DNA from: Catajapyx aquilonaris
Lineage: Eukaryota
NCBI GenBank assembly: GCA_000934665.2
Contig: KZ537983.1
Span: forward strand, 124,001 to 184,801
DNA: 60,801 nucleotides
Direction: 5' to 3'
The translations under genes were made by a program, and so were the position numbers. Within the stretch, counting starts at the first letter, position 1; each line of letters opens with the position of its first letter. The notes under the pieces were generated by a model, which did not search any database, was not told where the DNA came from, and was given only the letters and a program-made list of their open reading frames with translations. Shown piece after piece: positions 14,629-27,333 of this stretch.

Positions 14629-17600
14629 TATGTATTAGATATCTTGAGTCAGAAAGTCAATCTTAACTGACAGCAGCAAATTGTCGATCATCCAACTATA
14701 AGCAGCATCCATCTGCGGGGAGCAATTTGGCCACGTGCGGAATCCAGCAAGTGAGAAAGCATCACGACGCTTAATCCTCCCTTGGAAACCCGGTGCTGGG
14801 GGGGGGGGGGTGGTACCGGAACTAGAACACGCTGCAAGTATAGATTAATGGCCCCCCTGCTCCCGGATTTTTAAAAAATTCACGGGAAGCGGCGACGTTG
14901 AGTGATTATGAAGAGGATCCTAGGGAAAGAGGGGGTAAGGGAGACCGGTTGAAACCGTCTCTTCTTATACTCCTCTCCGCAAAATTCATTCCACACGTCA
15001 CGAATATTAATTGCCATCTAGGTGCGGTTATAGGAGGCCCAGCAGACTCAGGCAGATACCGCTTTACATGCAAAGGCTTAAAGGATGACTTTGCAGATGT
15101 CACCGGGATGAAACTTGGTCCTTGTGACCGTGTGGGCGATTTATGGCGGGAAATCTGGCAAATTGATTTACAATATGTAGTTGCACCACAAATGAGGATA
15201 AAAATACAATTAATTATTTTTCTTACAATAATACATCAATTAACACCATAGTCATGGACAATGAAAATACCAGCCACAATAAACACATTCCGCCTGGTTA
15301 CGCTGAAAATATTAATATCCGATCCAAATTAACTTTGTGGGCACCTGTTCGTTCATATTATGCTTTGTCGGCTAAAACAATCACATTTATAAAATGAAGC
15401 CTTTGACAAATTCAGTTGTCACAACGAATTTGCAAAACCTATATGCATACCATCAAACGCTGCGAACCTGTGCAATACACCTGCCATCACATGTTCCGCT
15501 ATATGTGGCTTGTGATGCAGTATGCGTGTTACACTTTTAAGCTTACGTGCCATGCATGCTCGACAGGATGCGGTACTACTCCCTCAGATGTACCTAAAAA
15601 ATCCCTATATGCACGCCACTATAACGCACTCCATAACATTTTGAGTGCATCATAATGCAGTAATACTCGAGCCTGACATGATAAAATGCAGTTTCAACGG
15701 TACTGTACATGGTGTTTCAAAATGATTCATACACACTCTATTCCCATTTATTATTATGTGTAGATAATAATAAATGGGCATAGAGGAACAATATGAACTA
15801 ATATAGTGTACGTATACGTACACTATATGAATCTATGCGACCATTTGTATATATGAAAGTCTGAACAGGTTTCCTGGCAGGCTTCGTAGGCTTAATTAAA
15901 TATGGCAAGCTTAATATTGCAACAACCGTAAAGCTACAAGCTGACAGCCATTTCTTTTATGGTCTTGACATGATACTGTAAAACCGTTCCGCTCCAACAT
16001 CACAACGCATTGTTAGCATACGCCTCAAAGGACACCCGTTGACAGCCCATACCGCCAGACCTAATCCCTGCAAAAATTAAAACCCAAGCTGACCAACCAA
16101 TTTTCTACCTTACAAACAGCATTTTCCAAACTCAAAAAAACTACACAAAAAATCACTCTTTTTTTACTCTTAGCTCTAGGCCAACAACGGGCTATTAATT
16201 GCAGACTTTTCAACAAACATCACAGTGAAACACGGGTAAACGACCATGAAACGGCTGTGCCAACTCATTCCGCCGACAGCCAACTCACAGAAATGACAAA
16301 CGCATTTGAATCCCCCCAGAACCCAACTGAAACCACTCTTTCTCTGTCCCGTTTTTTTATTATTATTCCCTGCTCCATACCCTACTCTCCCCGCTCCCCA
16401 AAAAACCCACCAGCTGCTGCTCATGGCGTCCGAAAAGAGAGTCCAATTGCCGCTTTTATTTTAATCATCATGGCAGAGGCGTCCGTGCTGTGGTTATCAG
16501 CATACACTTTCGCCAAACACGCACCCACGCATGTTGGGGGGAAAAGGGAGCACGCTGGTTGGACGAGGCTAACAAATATGCAAATGGGCATCGGACTGGA
16601 GCAAATGAGACGGATGAAAAGAGCCGAAGTCCGGGAGCGGCGCAATTGATTTCTGAAAATAAGTGAACCCGGGAAGCCAGCTTCCGGAAAATAATCCTCG
16701 GTACTGTGTATAGGTCTCCCGGATTTTCGGCAGCCCTTTTCACATGTCCTCCCCCCCCCCTCCCCCCCTACGCCATTCAATTTCGCCATGTAAGTTAATT
16801 GGTCACGTGTGGAGAACGCTTGCCTATATACAAGCTGGGCCTGAAAAAGGTAGAGCGCGTATGTGCATACGTAATAAGGCTTCCATAACTCGCGACAGGG
16901 TGTGTCGTGGCGTATGAACAAAAAAACTGGGTGGTAATATAAAGAACGTTGCCCCCGCCGAAGCCCACTTCTGCTGATGGCATATGAACGGAATGCGGAA
17001 TTCCGGAACTTTTCAGCACTCTAGGTCAGTGGCATATTGAATTATCGCGGATATTACTCCGGAGTGTATTATTCCCTGCCGTATTGTAAAAAGCTTACGC
17101 CGCGTAATAATAACGTAATGCCGTTACACACTCCCCCACCAAATCATGTTATGACAATAATACTGGAAATTATTTTTAAAAATGGAAATACTGGCCCTGC
17201 GCCTGTCGCGGCTCCTTCTTGTACAACAAGAGAGCCGTATGGGTTGCATCATTCCAGGATAAAATGCTCACATTCTAAATCCATGGGCTCGTTACTAAAT
17301 TTTCAGTTACATGCACGAGTGTAATGATAATCAGGCCCATTTTGTAAAATCAACATAGACACATTAACGAGCCTAACACGCCTCTTTTATGTGATTCAGC
17401 CTACCGTAAAAATAAATAACGTTGGTGCATATTTTTATTTATTTTTCACCCACTTTTCCAATGCGGCTTGAGCGTCAAAAAATATATATATTCCTTGCGA
17501 ATATCGTCCCATCGATTCTTCAAAAAAGATTTGGAAACGTAAGACGTATGGTGCACATCCCTAAAGGTCTACCAGATCCCACCTTTTAGGCCCCCTAGGG

Positions 17601-19391
17601 TTTTGCGAGTCTCTCCATCTTTGTGCTGGCATTTCGATAAAAGCCTCTGGAGCTAGAGGGGCTGCGCACGGAAGCAAGAAGGAAGAAGAGGAGGAGAGGG
17701 GGGGAAAATGTGGAAGTCGCACGAAGCCCACCATATTCGAAGGAAAAAAGAAGAAAAAATGGAAGAAGTCCCTCTCGACCCCCTCTGGTATGACTTTTTG
17801 ACTCCTGGATCTTTGCTTTGGCGACGTGGGAACTTCGCCACTTGAATCCAATGTGCTGGAAAAATCCGACCTTTTTTTTTTTTGTCTTTCGGTTTTCAGA
17901 TGGGAATGAGTCGACACGAATCGGATAGCAAGGAGTTCGGGTGCCGTGAATGGCGTTGTAATGTTAGCACGTGGTGAAACTGGCAAATACCTGTCAGAAG
18001 TATCCTGTAAGCATATACACAAAAATGGCGAAGCTAGTTAATGATAAACACTAATCAATCAATTTTTTACTACACCAATAGCCAATTTGTACGTTACTAC
18101 ATGCAACATTTAACTTATACATATAATTAAATTTCACTAATTATATTAATACTCAACTAAATTATTAATGTAATTTAATGTCACTAATAGTATCCCATTT
18201 GTGTATTTAATATGGCGTATAGCTTATTAATAATGTTCATCCCCATAATTTAAACCATTGCAACTTAAAACCAGCTTCGCATTCAACGTAACCTTTTTAT
18301 TGTAAGTTTTCAGGCATTTTTCCAATAAATTTGTTTCCCTAACGTTTTCATTGTATGCCATTTCCCGGAAAAACAGGCGTTTACACTATAGGGCATAGTC
18401 ATCGATTTAATATCAAATGGCAGTTGCTCCGTTATTGCAAGAAACCCTTCAAATGGTGAATAATATTGCATGGTTTAAATTATGTTAAGTGCATCTGGTG
18501 CTCCCGGTAGAAATTACAGTTTTGTAGCACCCGCCGCATGATTACAGGGTAAATGAAGCCATATGCCTCCATAGGCCGAAACGCCTGCATTTGCCATTTC
18601 CAGCTCTCCTAAATAGACCGCCGTTCAGGTTATTCATAAGTCAATTTGTTATAGCAACAAACAGCCTGTGCTTTCATGAATTAATATGGCTATGGGCCGT
18701 TCCTCCTAGATATATTAACAAAATAGCAGCGTATAGAACAATGGGTCTATGTATTTCAATAAATTCTACCAAACGCTCATTAACGATGCTGAATATTATC
18801 ATAACCATACTGTACTAGGAATGCTATTTATCTCAACCGTTATAAGCCCTATGGGAACATCTCTTCAGTCCCTTTGCCTACCAAAATGACAAACAAGCCA
18901 CGATCATAGTCCATACCCCCCCCCCTCCCCCCCTTTCAAAAAATTCCATCCCACATTTTAAGATTCAGTCCCTGAAAAGGGCCTGGCATTTCGAAGCAGC
19001 CAATAATCATAAGTGATGTGAGTCGCGAGCGTGGAATCCATCCAACCTGAAAAAATACCAGTCCCTCTTCCTCCCACGACCCTCCCAACTTTTATTCCTA
19101 GGTTCCCATTTACCCAGGCGAGGTTAAAGTCCCGGCGGCGGAGGGAAAATTAGCTTGGAATCGGCAGGCGGAAAAGCTCCGGCTGGCAAGTTAAACAGTC
19201 TTCAACCTACATTAACATACGTACATTGCCCACCCTTCCCCATCCCTCCCCCCATCCACCACACTACCTCAACCCTTCTCTATAAAAAATCCTCAGGCGG
19301 GTTGAGCAGCAGCAAAACACGGTCGAATAGGGTACTTCAACTTTCCCCTTTTCCCTTATACTCTGCCCAACTCTGCTATACATTCTGATTA

Positions 19392-19593
19392 TACTGCTAG
19401 CGACATTTTCTGATGCGGCAGACGTGAAAATCGAAGTGCGAGCCGTGGGAGTAAGAAGAGGTAGGCCTTTGGTGACGTCACCGGCTGGGGGAGCAATGGA
19501 GAAAAGGCTTGTCCCTAGCCAGTGACGTCACCTAAGGGCTCCCATTTCTGACTCGATTTTCACGTCTGCCGCATCGGGAAATGTCGCTAGCAG
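19392..19593. mobile_element. Palindromic MITE family C
   Basis: TACTGCTAGCGACATTTTC..GCGGCAGACGTGAAAATCGA ... TCGATTTTCACGTCTGCCGC..ATGTCGCTAGCAG; related copies at 29150, 30847 and 40820. Confidence 0.8.
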
Positions 19594-20608
19594 AACGACA
19601 ATATTCACATTTCCAGATTTTGGCAACTGCTGAAATTCATTTTGAGCCAACCTGTAGTCTAGAAAAAGCTCCAGGAGGCAATGACAAACAAAATGCATTA
19701 TTGGTGGAAAAGCTTTGTTGGCGGACATGCTGCCTTGGCAGCATTTCCCCCTACTGCCAAACCTCCAACTCTTGTTCCCATCTCCCCTACTCTACTCCCA
19801 CAACATCCCACATACACCCTCGCTAGGCCACATTTACAAAAAAGGGAAAATGGAGGTGCATTTGGTCCAATCCCGTGATAGGTCCTCATGAGCTTCATGC
19901 CAAAAGGGAGATGTCTATAGGGTACATTCCCCCTCGTCAACCGCTATACAACAAAATACTGCCAAGAAAACAGAATAAGGGGGGAAACCTATGAAATGAA
20001 AATTGAAAAATAAATCCAAAACAGCCTTGGAAACAAGTTTTATAAGAGCAGATTGTTTTCGCAACTATAACTAATATCTCAACTTCTATCTAATGCAGTT
20101 ACCTATATATGCCAGTAACCAAAAACTGAGGAAAAAAAAAGTTTGGCCGCTTTTATCCCTCCTTGTGAGTGTAGGAAAAAGCCATTCCCGTTATGATTGG
20201 GAAGTTTTATTGACAAGGCCAGATAAGTGGCGAAAATCCGGACCCCCTGCAAGCAACAAAGGCTGCGAAAATGGCAAAGTTTGAACCTTTAAAAAAAAAT
20301 CAGAAACGAGCGTTTTATCTCTCTTCCAGTCACTGCATACGTCTTCAAACGATGTCTTTGTGAGTATGCGCTAGTAACTCGATCCTTGCCACCTGCACTA
20401 AGAATAAGATGCCAAATAGAGTTTTACCCGTGTCGAAAACACATATTTGTTTGGCACGGTATGTGAAACTCGCCTGCCCAGAATTCCTCAACACCGCTTT
20501 GTATGCGCAATGTCACACCAGGTGGGGAGAATTCCTATAACAAGCTAGAAAGCATGTCACCTACAGCTAGATCATATGTCCCAAAAGGAACCATCAGTTC
20601 AGATGAAT

Positions 20609-20756
20609 GTACTATGAGGCTCAAATTCTTTTGGCCACTTTATCCTGGTATTGAAGCAACCCCTTCGCACAGGCCCCACGTTGAGGAAGTGTGTATGTAT
20701 GAAGGGTTCCTTCAATACCAGGATAAAGTGGCCAAAAGAATTTGAGCCCCTAGTAC
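20609..20756. mobile_element. Palindromic MITE family A, copy 2
   Basis: GTACTA..GGCTCAAATTCTTTTGGCCACTTTATCCTGG ... CCAGGATAAAGTGGCCAAAAGAATTTGAGCCCCTAGTAC. Confidence 0.78.
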
Positions 20757-20801
20757 TTATTAATTTAGCTGCTAAATGAATAAGTACTCGGGGCTGAAGT
20801 A

Positions 20802-20939
20802 CTGGTGCAGAGGAAGCTGATTGCTAGAAAATGTTGGTAAATGAATTGTTTTCTATAGCTAAAATGCTAAATTTAGCATTTTAGCTATAGAAAACAATTT
20901 CATTTACCAACATTTTCCAGCAATCTTCCTCTGCACCAG
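20802..20939. repeat. Near-perfect 138-bp palindrome
   Basis: CTGGTGCAGAGGAAG..AAAATGTTGGTAAATGAA..GCTAAAT|TTAGC..TTCATTTACCAACATTTT..CTTCCTCTGCACCAG. Confidence 0.85.
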
Positions 20940-22806
20940 CTTGTGTAATAAAGACTTCAAGGCATAAACACATTCGTCTTCTGCTCTTATTACGTGTTAA
21001 ACTACGTGCCATATGGAAGGGAAGGGGATTTTACCACCCTACTCTTCCGACTGGTTGATTTGCAAGTGAAAGGAGAGAATGGGGTGCAAGGGTTGGAGGG
21101 AGCGGGAACCAGAAGGAAACTACGGGTAATTTGCGTATGTGGTGGAAAGGTCTGGTTCATATAGTACGTCCTCACAATAATGAACTTGCGGTGAGAACCA
21201 AGACTGAATATTGCATACATTCCAATTTCCTATCCGCTCATGACTTTCACAAAATCAATCTTTTTAATCCTGCTATACTCATTCCCCTCTCCATTTAACC
21301 ATAGATCCGCTTATTTATTTAAGGCGGCGCCCTAGGCGTCGTCAAGCGTCCTCCTGATTGCCCCCCAAAAAAAAACCTTTTCTTTCCTCCAATCGTTATT
21401 CCACTACCAAATGGTAGTGCACTATACTAAAAACCCCTCAAATTTTAAGCTACTTACACTACAACTTAATCTAGTGCTCCAAGTGAAAAAATACACTTCC
21501 AAAATCACCACTAAAAGGAACTGGCGGCATGTTTTCCTTTTCTTTTCGCGGCCATTTTTGTTCCCTTTGTTGTGTGCTGGACGTCCGGATTTTCCCCACT
21601 TAGCTGGACTTGTCGATAAAATGCCCCAATCATAAGGGGAAGCGCCTCTCAGGCCCAATCTTCCAAGAAGGGGAGGGAAAAATGGAAAAAAAAAAAACTG
21701 TTCTGGAGAAAAATCTTCCAGCATGAAGGAAGATGAGGGTTAGAGGGGAAAGGAAAAAAGAAGAGAAGAAAAAAGCAATCCATTCCTAAAATCCGGCCTT
21801 TTGTGCTGTATTCCCCCTTCTAATTTTCCCTTCTGCATAAGACGTTTCCGTATATTTTAGTATGCAAGGTCCTTGCACGCAATTTCATTGCATGGAATGC
21901 CACTTTGGATCGATTAGGTTCCTATATGCAATCGGCACACAAAAACCACGCCAAAGCAAAAACAGTTTGAAATAAAAGTTGGGGGAATAGTGAAAAAAAA
22001 ATTCCAGCCTCTGCGATGAATTATTTTAGTTTTATGGGTGCACAACCGGCCTGAAAATGTGTTCAACTACCCCATCCAGCCGGCAACGCTATTGATCAAC
22101 ATGGTACCAAAGATTGCTTTCTTTACAGTGGTCGACTAAATGAAATTTCTTGCCGGAGAACAATTTCCATATACGACTATGATACTCATCGGAAGGAAAT
22201 TTCCTTTTAATCAATGCGGAATATCGATATTTTTACTACATTGCACAGTATGCATCAGAACAATGATGAGGACTTTATGCCTCAGCTTATGAATTTATTG
22301 CTCCCCGCCATAAAGGCATTGTCGATTTAATAAGCCTCGTAAAAGAGACGACTCTACAGGGAGCCCAGATTTGGCTCAAAAAATGACCCCCCCCCCCCCC
22401 CCCNNNNNNNNNNNNAAAAAAAATCTACAAAACAAAAACAATACGCTCGCGAATTTAATTCACTGGACGTGTAACCCTCTAGAGGTCGCTCCTAAGCAAA
22501 TTAATGCTGCTAAAATGTATAACGAAATTGCAAAGCTCGTTATCCGGACGCCGAACTGATCCCAATTAAGAAGAGTTTATGAGGGGAATTGCGGGAGAGA
22601 CTAAGCGGGCCCTATAGAAAATGCTCCCCGAGCTCGGAGCTTCCCCAAAACCCTTATTACGCCCTCCTTATAATAACTCCTGCTAATAAATTTCCGGAGC
22701 GCCAACTTATCTTCCTTGCGCAGCTCCGTATTTTAAACTACGCCCCTTCCCCCCAAACTTGGAAGCCCGCAAAACTCTCTTCCGGTTGAAGTGAACCGGG
22801 TCTTAC

Positions 22807-23656
22807 AATGTCACTGTAAGGCTGTGTAATGCAGAAATCACAGACCCTTGATTGCCCACTGGAAGAGCTCAAGGGGGTTTTTTGGACTGGAAAAAAAATC
22901 AACTTGAATTATGGCCACAACATGATCCTACTAGAACATTTTGTAGTCATTCCCTTGGGGAGGTGTGGTGGCCGTGATGGTAACGTCTCGGCTTGCTGAG
23001 TGAAAGGCCCCAGGTTCGATCCCCGCCTGGGGAACTTTCCTTTCACCTGCGTCAGGAGGGTCTCTGACCTGCACCAAGGAGGTGTCTGGCAACCTAACCT
23101 CCTGGGGGACAGCACATGACCCATTTGTAGACATTGCACTTGCACCTATGTTCCCTCCCCAAAAAATCCCTACCCCTACCCCTACCCGACATCCTTGACT
23201 CCTTGCACCGGTGAATGAAGAAAAAAGTGTAAATACACTGAGAAAACAGATGGTGGTGTGCCACCCCCCTATAGGGCTTAGGCCCACAACGGGGTACATA
23301 ATAAAAAATAATATAAAAAAATTGTAGTCATTCCCTTACCTGCAATGTGGCAGATCCGATTTCCACTTTGAGGATCACAATAATAGTCTAAAAAACTCCC
23401 TCAGGCCAGAAAGCTTTTAAGGAGTATCACAGGAAATTAAAAGGCAAGAACCCATTTCAAAGACTTCCTTCCTCTCATTATAACCTGGGCTTTAAAAATG
23501 CGGCTGAGATGCTACGGTGTTTTGGCTCCCCGGAGAACAACAATAGTCAACAGCGTGCTGTATAAATGATCGCTACTCACCGACGTCGCCTGCAATGGCA
23601 GCTGACATCACTGCCAGAATGGCGCAACTCAGTCCAATCTTCATATTCAGGCGCAT
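22807..23656 (-). CDS. Putative secreted/membrane protein, first three coding exons (unassigned family; continues leftward)
   Basis: Exons 23581-23656 (G|gtgagt), 23340-23387 (ttttttag / G|gtaag) and 22807-22886 (ttttttttccag / ATT|gtaaga) join in frame to MRLNMKIGLSCAILAVMSAAIAGDVDYYCDPQSGNRICHIAVQKTPLSSSSGQSRVCDFCITQPYSDI. It has a hydrophobic signal-peptide-like start and an upstream in-frame stop. Confidence 0.65.
22957..23321 (+). mobile_element. tRNA-derived SINE, family 1
   Basis: Head GGGGAGGTGTGGTGGCCGTGATGG (A box) ... GGTTCGATCCC (B box); A-rich tail; 16-bp TSD TTGTAGTCATTCCCTT (22941-22956 / 23322-23337). Confidence 0.9.
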
Positions 23657-26600
23657 ATCATAACCCCACTTAACATGATTGTCTTCATCTGACTGCAGTT
23701 CCTACTTGCTTCAGTTCCTCCTCAAATTCCCCCCTTTTGTGCTAGTGACACACTCCGCACTTGTTAGATGTCATGTCCAAGTTCCACTGTGCACCACCAT
23801 TGTGCTTCAGGTTGCAACGATGTGGTAGGTAGCTGTAATTGTTCTATTGTTCACATAACACAGTGTCTGCCATCCTTGACTTGCAGTGGTTGAACAGTGT
23901 GGCCCTGCAAAACACAATTTTTTTTTTGTAACCCTATGCAAAACTATGCATTCATTATCATGTGTCAGATGCACCAATGCTAGACTAGTGTTTACATGAA
24001 CAAGGAAGGGTGTAAATGCTGCTGGGTAAATTTGAAGTCATACTGTATTTCTCTGTCCACAGTCATTTCTACCTTCAAAACCAATCACAGGAACATATCT
24101 GTAGGTGACATGACAATGGCCTTTGACACTGCACAGTGCACAGAAGCATTTTCAACATGATCTGTGCAGCAACTGGATATCAGCTCATAGTTGTTCAACA
24201 ACCTCAATTTCTGCCAAATCCATTATGTACCATAGAGATTCAATTGTACAGTATCATTCAAAAAGAATGGTACCACTCTATATGGACGGAATGTTTATCC
24301 TGTTCTCAATCCCTGGGTCCCCAGCATGTTTTTCGGGGTCATGAGGAAGTCCGGGAAAAGGGAACTGAAATAAAATAAAAAAGAGAAGAAAAAAACAAAG
24401 AAAATAGGAAAATTTTAGGGGGGGGGGGGATATCCACATCAAATCCACGTAAACGTAAGCATTGCACCTGGTTGAACATTTTGGTAATTAAAATTTTTAT
24501 TTACAAATCGGGATGCGTAATACGAATCACCAGAGGTCCAGAAAGGGTTTCGTCGAAATAAGGTTGGGAATCATGCTGGATAATCAGAATAAACATTTCG
24601 TCCATAAAGTTGTACCATTCTTTATGAACGCGACTGTACAACTGACACATTCCCCTCTGTGTCACATTTTCCCTGGCTATTAATAATTGTTTTCATGTTG
24701 CCAATATTTAATAACAAGAACTCTTTAATGCTGCAAATTAGTCTTAGTTACGTAACGAAGACGCAGTTAATTACTGTTTTCATTGCCGGCATTAAATTTT
24801 TAATCTTCTTTGATAGGCATAAATATACACAGTACACTACAACAGTATGCAATTGCACTTTGCTGTGGAACCAATGGCAACTACGCTGTACATGGGCAAT
24901 GCTGTCCAAATTCAATGCTCTATTACAATACTAATGACACTTTTGTATGTTGCATGCCAATTCATGTTATTGTTGTGGTGTGACATTACAAACTGTGGTA
25001 CTTCTGGGTTTCAATGATCTATATTTTCGCAGGTTACTAACAGGGAAATTATAACACCAATAATTCCATGGCATGCAACCAATACACCGTACTACATAGA
25101 AATGAAGGGAAAAAAACTCATCAAATATGGTTTCAAAACTCCAACAGAATTTCCGGGCTTTGCCATATAGTTGTCATACTAATTTTACCTTCGAACTTAT
25201 GACAAAAAGCAGTCATTAGTTCTGCATTCAGCTACATTACAAATTCAGGCTCAACCTTGCTATTTAAAAATCACAGGTCTTCCCCTGACCTGAAAAATGT
25301 TGCCTTTCCAGAAATAAATGTGTCTCTTGCAAAATGTGCACTACATAGCTCATGATGTTATTTCATAAATGAAAGCATTGGTGGAATCCAGTTAAATATT
25401 CATTCCACAGCATTAATAATAAAGGTCTATGATAACACAAGGCTGCCCAAGCTTACTAGTGCATGCAGTTCATTTGCACTTGCCCTTTTGAAAATAAATA
25501 TTATTTCAAACACAATTGCCTGTAGCGTATATGTTACCGTTCTACCTCAATGTTTCTTGCATTAGAATGTTTGCCGTCTCTGGTGTTGTACAATTAACAT
25601 GTTAACTGCTTACATGCATCTTCACGGCAGTGTGCTACACATTATACCTGTTGAATCCCAAATTAACTTATTTGCTCGTGGGTGTATGCAAGCTTGAATT
25701 TCCCTTTGTCTGATTTACTGGAAATCTGAAATATGGAGATGTATACATTGTGTAGTGTAAATTAATATTATATTTTATCAAATTAACTTACTTTTGTTCA
25801 AAAAATAAAAAGGCAAATGCCTAGTACAAAATAAGGCTCTTCTTATTTAACATACATGAAGCTCTATTAGCATTACCAGCTCTTGGCATTACCCATCAAG
25901 GCCAAGCTTATCCTGGCAGAATACAACCATCAGCACCCCACCCTTTTTTCAAATGATTTCATCTTAGGCGTGCTGTTGGTAGTACATTCATTCATTCATT
26001 CATTCATTCATTCATTGTACATCACGGTGTTGTCCGATAATAATGGGGTAGCCAGCGATGGACTAGGTCATATAATCTCATTTGACCGATACATGAGAAC
26101 CCACTGGTGACTGGTCAGGTTCACGTAGAGGATATGATGAGTTGGTAGTACATCCACCAGGATATAGGCCTATGTGACCACAGAACTTTTATTGGCATAA
26201 TAATAATGTCAATCACAAAGACTCAGCTACCGTATAATAATGTGATACTGTGAGGTATTACAATAATTGTAACACATCATGCTACCACATATAGCTGAAT
26301 CTTTGTGATTCGACAGCCATTCCAGCATTTTTGAATCACACTTTCACGTACAATATTACAAATGCAACAATTATTAAATATTTTTAAAACCCTGGATGTG
26401 TCTCTTCCTACAATTTAATTACTCTCCCACTACACCCACATGACAAACCTAATTTACGTCCAACTATTTCCACTAATTACACCAGTCACCCTCCATCAAT
26501 CAAGATTCCTTCACCGCCCTGTTCTAACAAGTCGCAAGACCAACTCACATTCCAGCTTTGCATCCTACGCTAATCTACCAGGCCCACTTGAGCAAATAAA

Positions 26601-27333
26601 TTCCTACCACAACCCCCCACTATTAGCACATTAATCCCCATCATCTTCAACACCTCCAAAATCCAACATTGACAACTAAAGCTAATATGACAGCAAATGA
26701 CATAACATCAAATCCCTAATTAATGAGTCCGGAAATCTAGCCAAACATGGGCCATTTAGAGAGGACAAAATGTTCCTCGGGGCGCACATTGTAAGGGAAG
26801 CACGAGTCTCAGGCCTAGTCTCCGGCCGGTCTACTTTGCACGGCAGGTGACTCACCTCCTGAGGGGGGGCCGCCTGTCTGGAGGTCACTCACTGGGTGAG
26901 GTCACCTGTGCCGCCTGGCTGTCTCTCAGTGGGTGGTGGAACAGGAGCGGAGTGTCTCGCAAGGAGGACTGGCCACCACTGGACCTCCATTCACTCTGCC
27001 TCCCCTTGCTCTTGCTGCTCCCCTTGTCGCCTGGAGTTGTTCCAGAGGGGGGAAGGTGGCAGCACGGGGCTGGGACAGGGACACGGATGGAACATCGGCG
27101 CATGGCCTTAGTTGCTTCGGCTCAAACAAAACGCTAGCAACTAACATGAGGAAACTAGAAAAAATACACCACAGTTTGTTCCACGACGGAGTCACCCTGG
27201 AAAATCACATGGATGTCCAAATATCCATTGGCGATTCAGTTGGGATTTTCCAGGGCGATTCGGGCTGCATTTATTGGTCCCATTACAACAAAATATCTAG
27301 TTTCTGTAGTATTCAGATTGCCTATAAGGAAGT

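Larger units (their letters stand above)
20140..21680. repeat. Diverged inverted pair of about 130-bp repeats
   Basis: 20150-20277 (TTATGATTGGGAAGTTTTATTGACAAGGCCAGATAAGTGGCGAAAATCCGGAC) matches 21550-21680 in reverse. Confidence 0.6.

Noticed and set aside
451..22800. Numerous 60-170 aa ORFs in the left half
   Set aside because: No recognisable domains, many use non-ATG starts or overlap MITEs; consistent with chance ORFs.
22957..23030. tRNA gene (also at 39490, 51337, 55756, 59290)
   Set aside because: A/B boxes are present but followed by a shared 250-300 nt body, simple-repeat tails and TSDs, so these are SINE heads and not tRNA genes.
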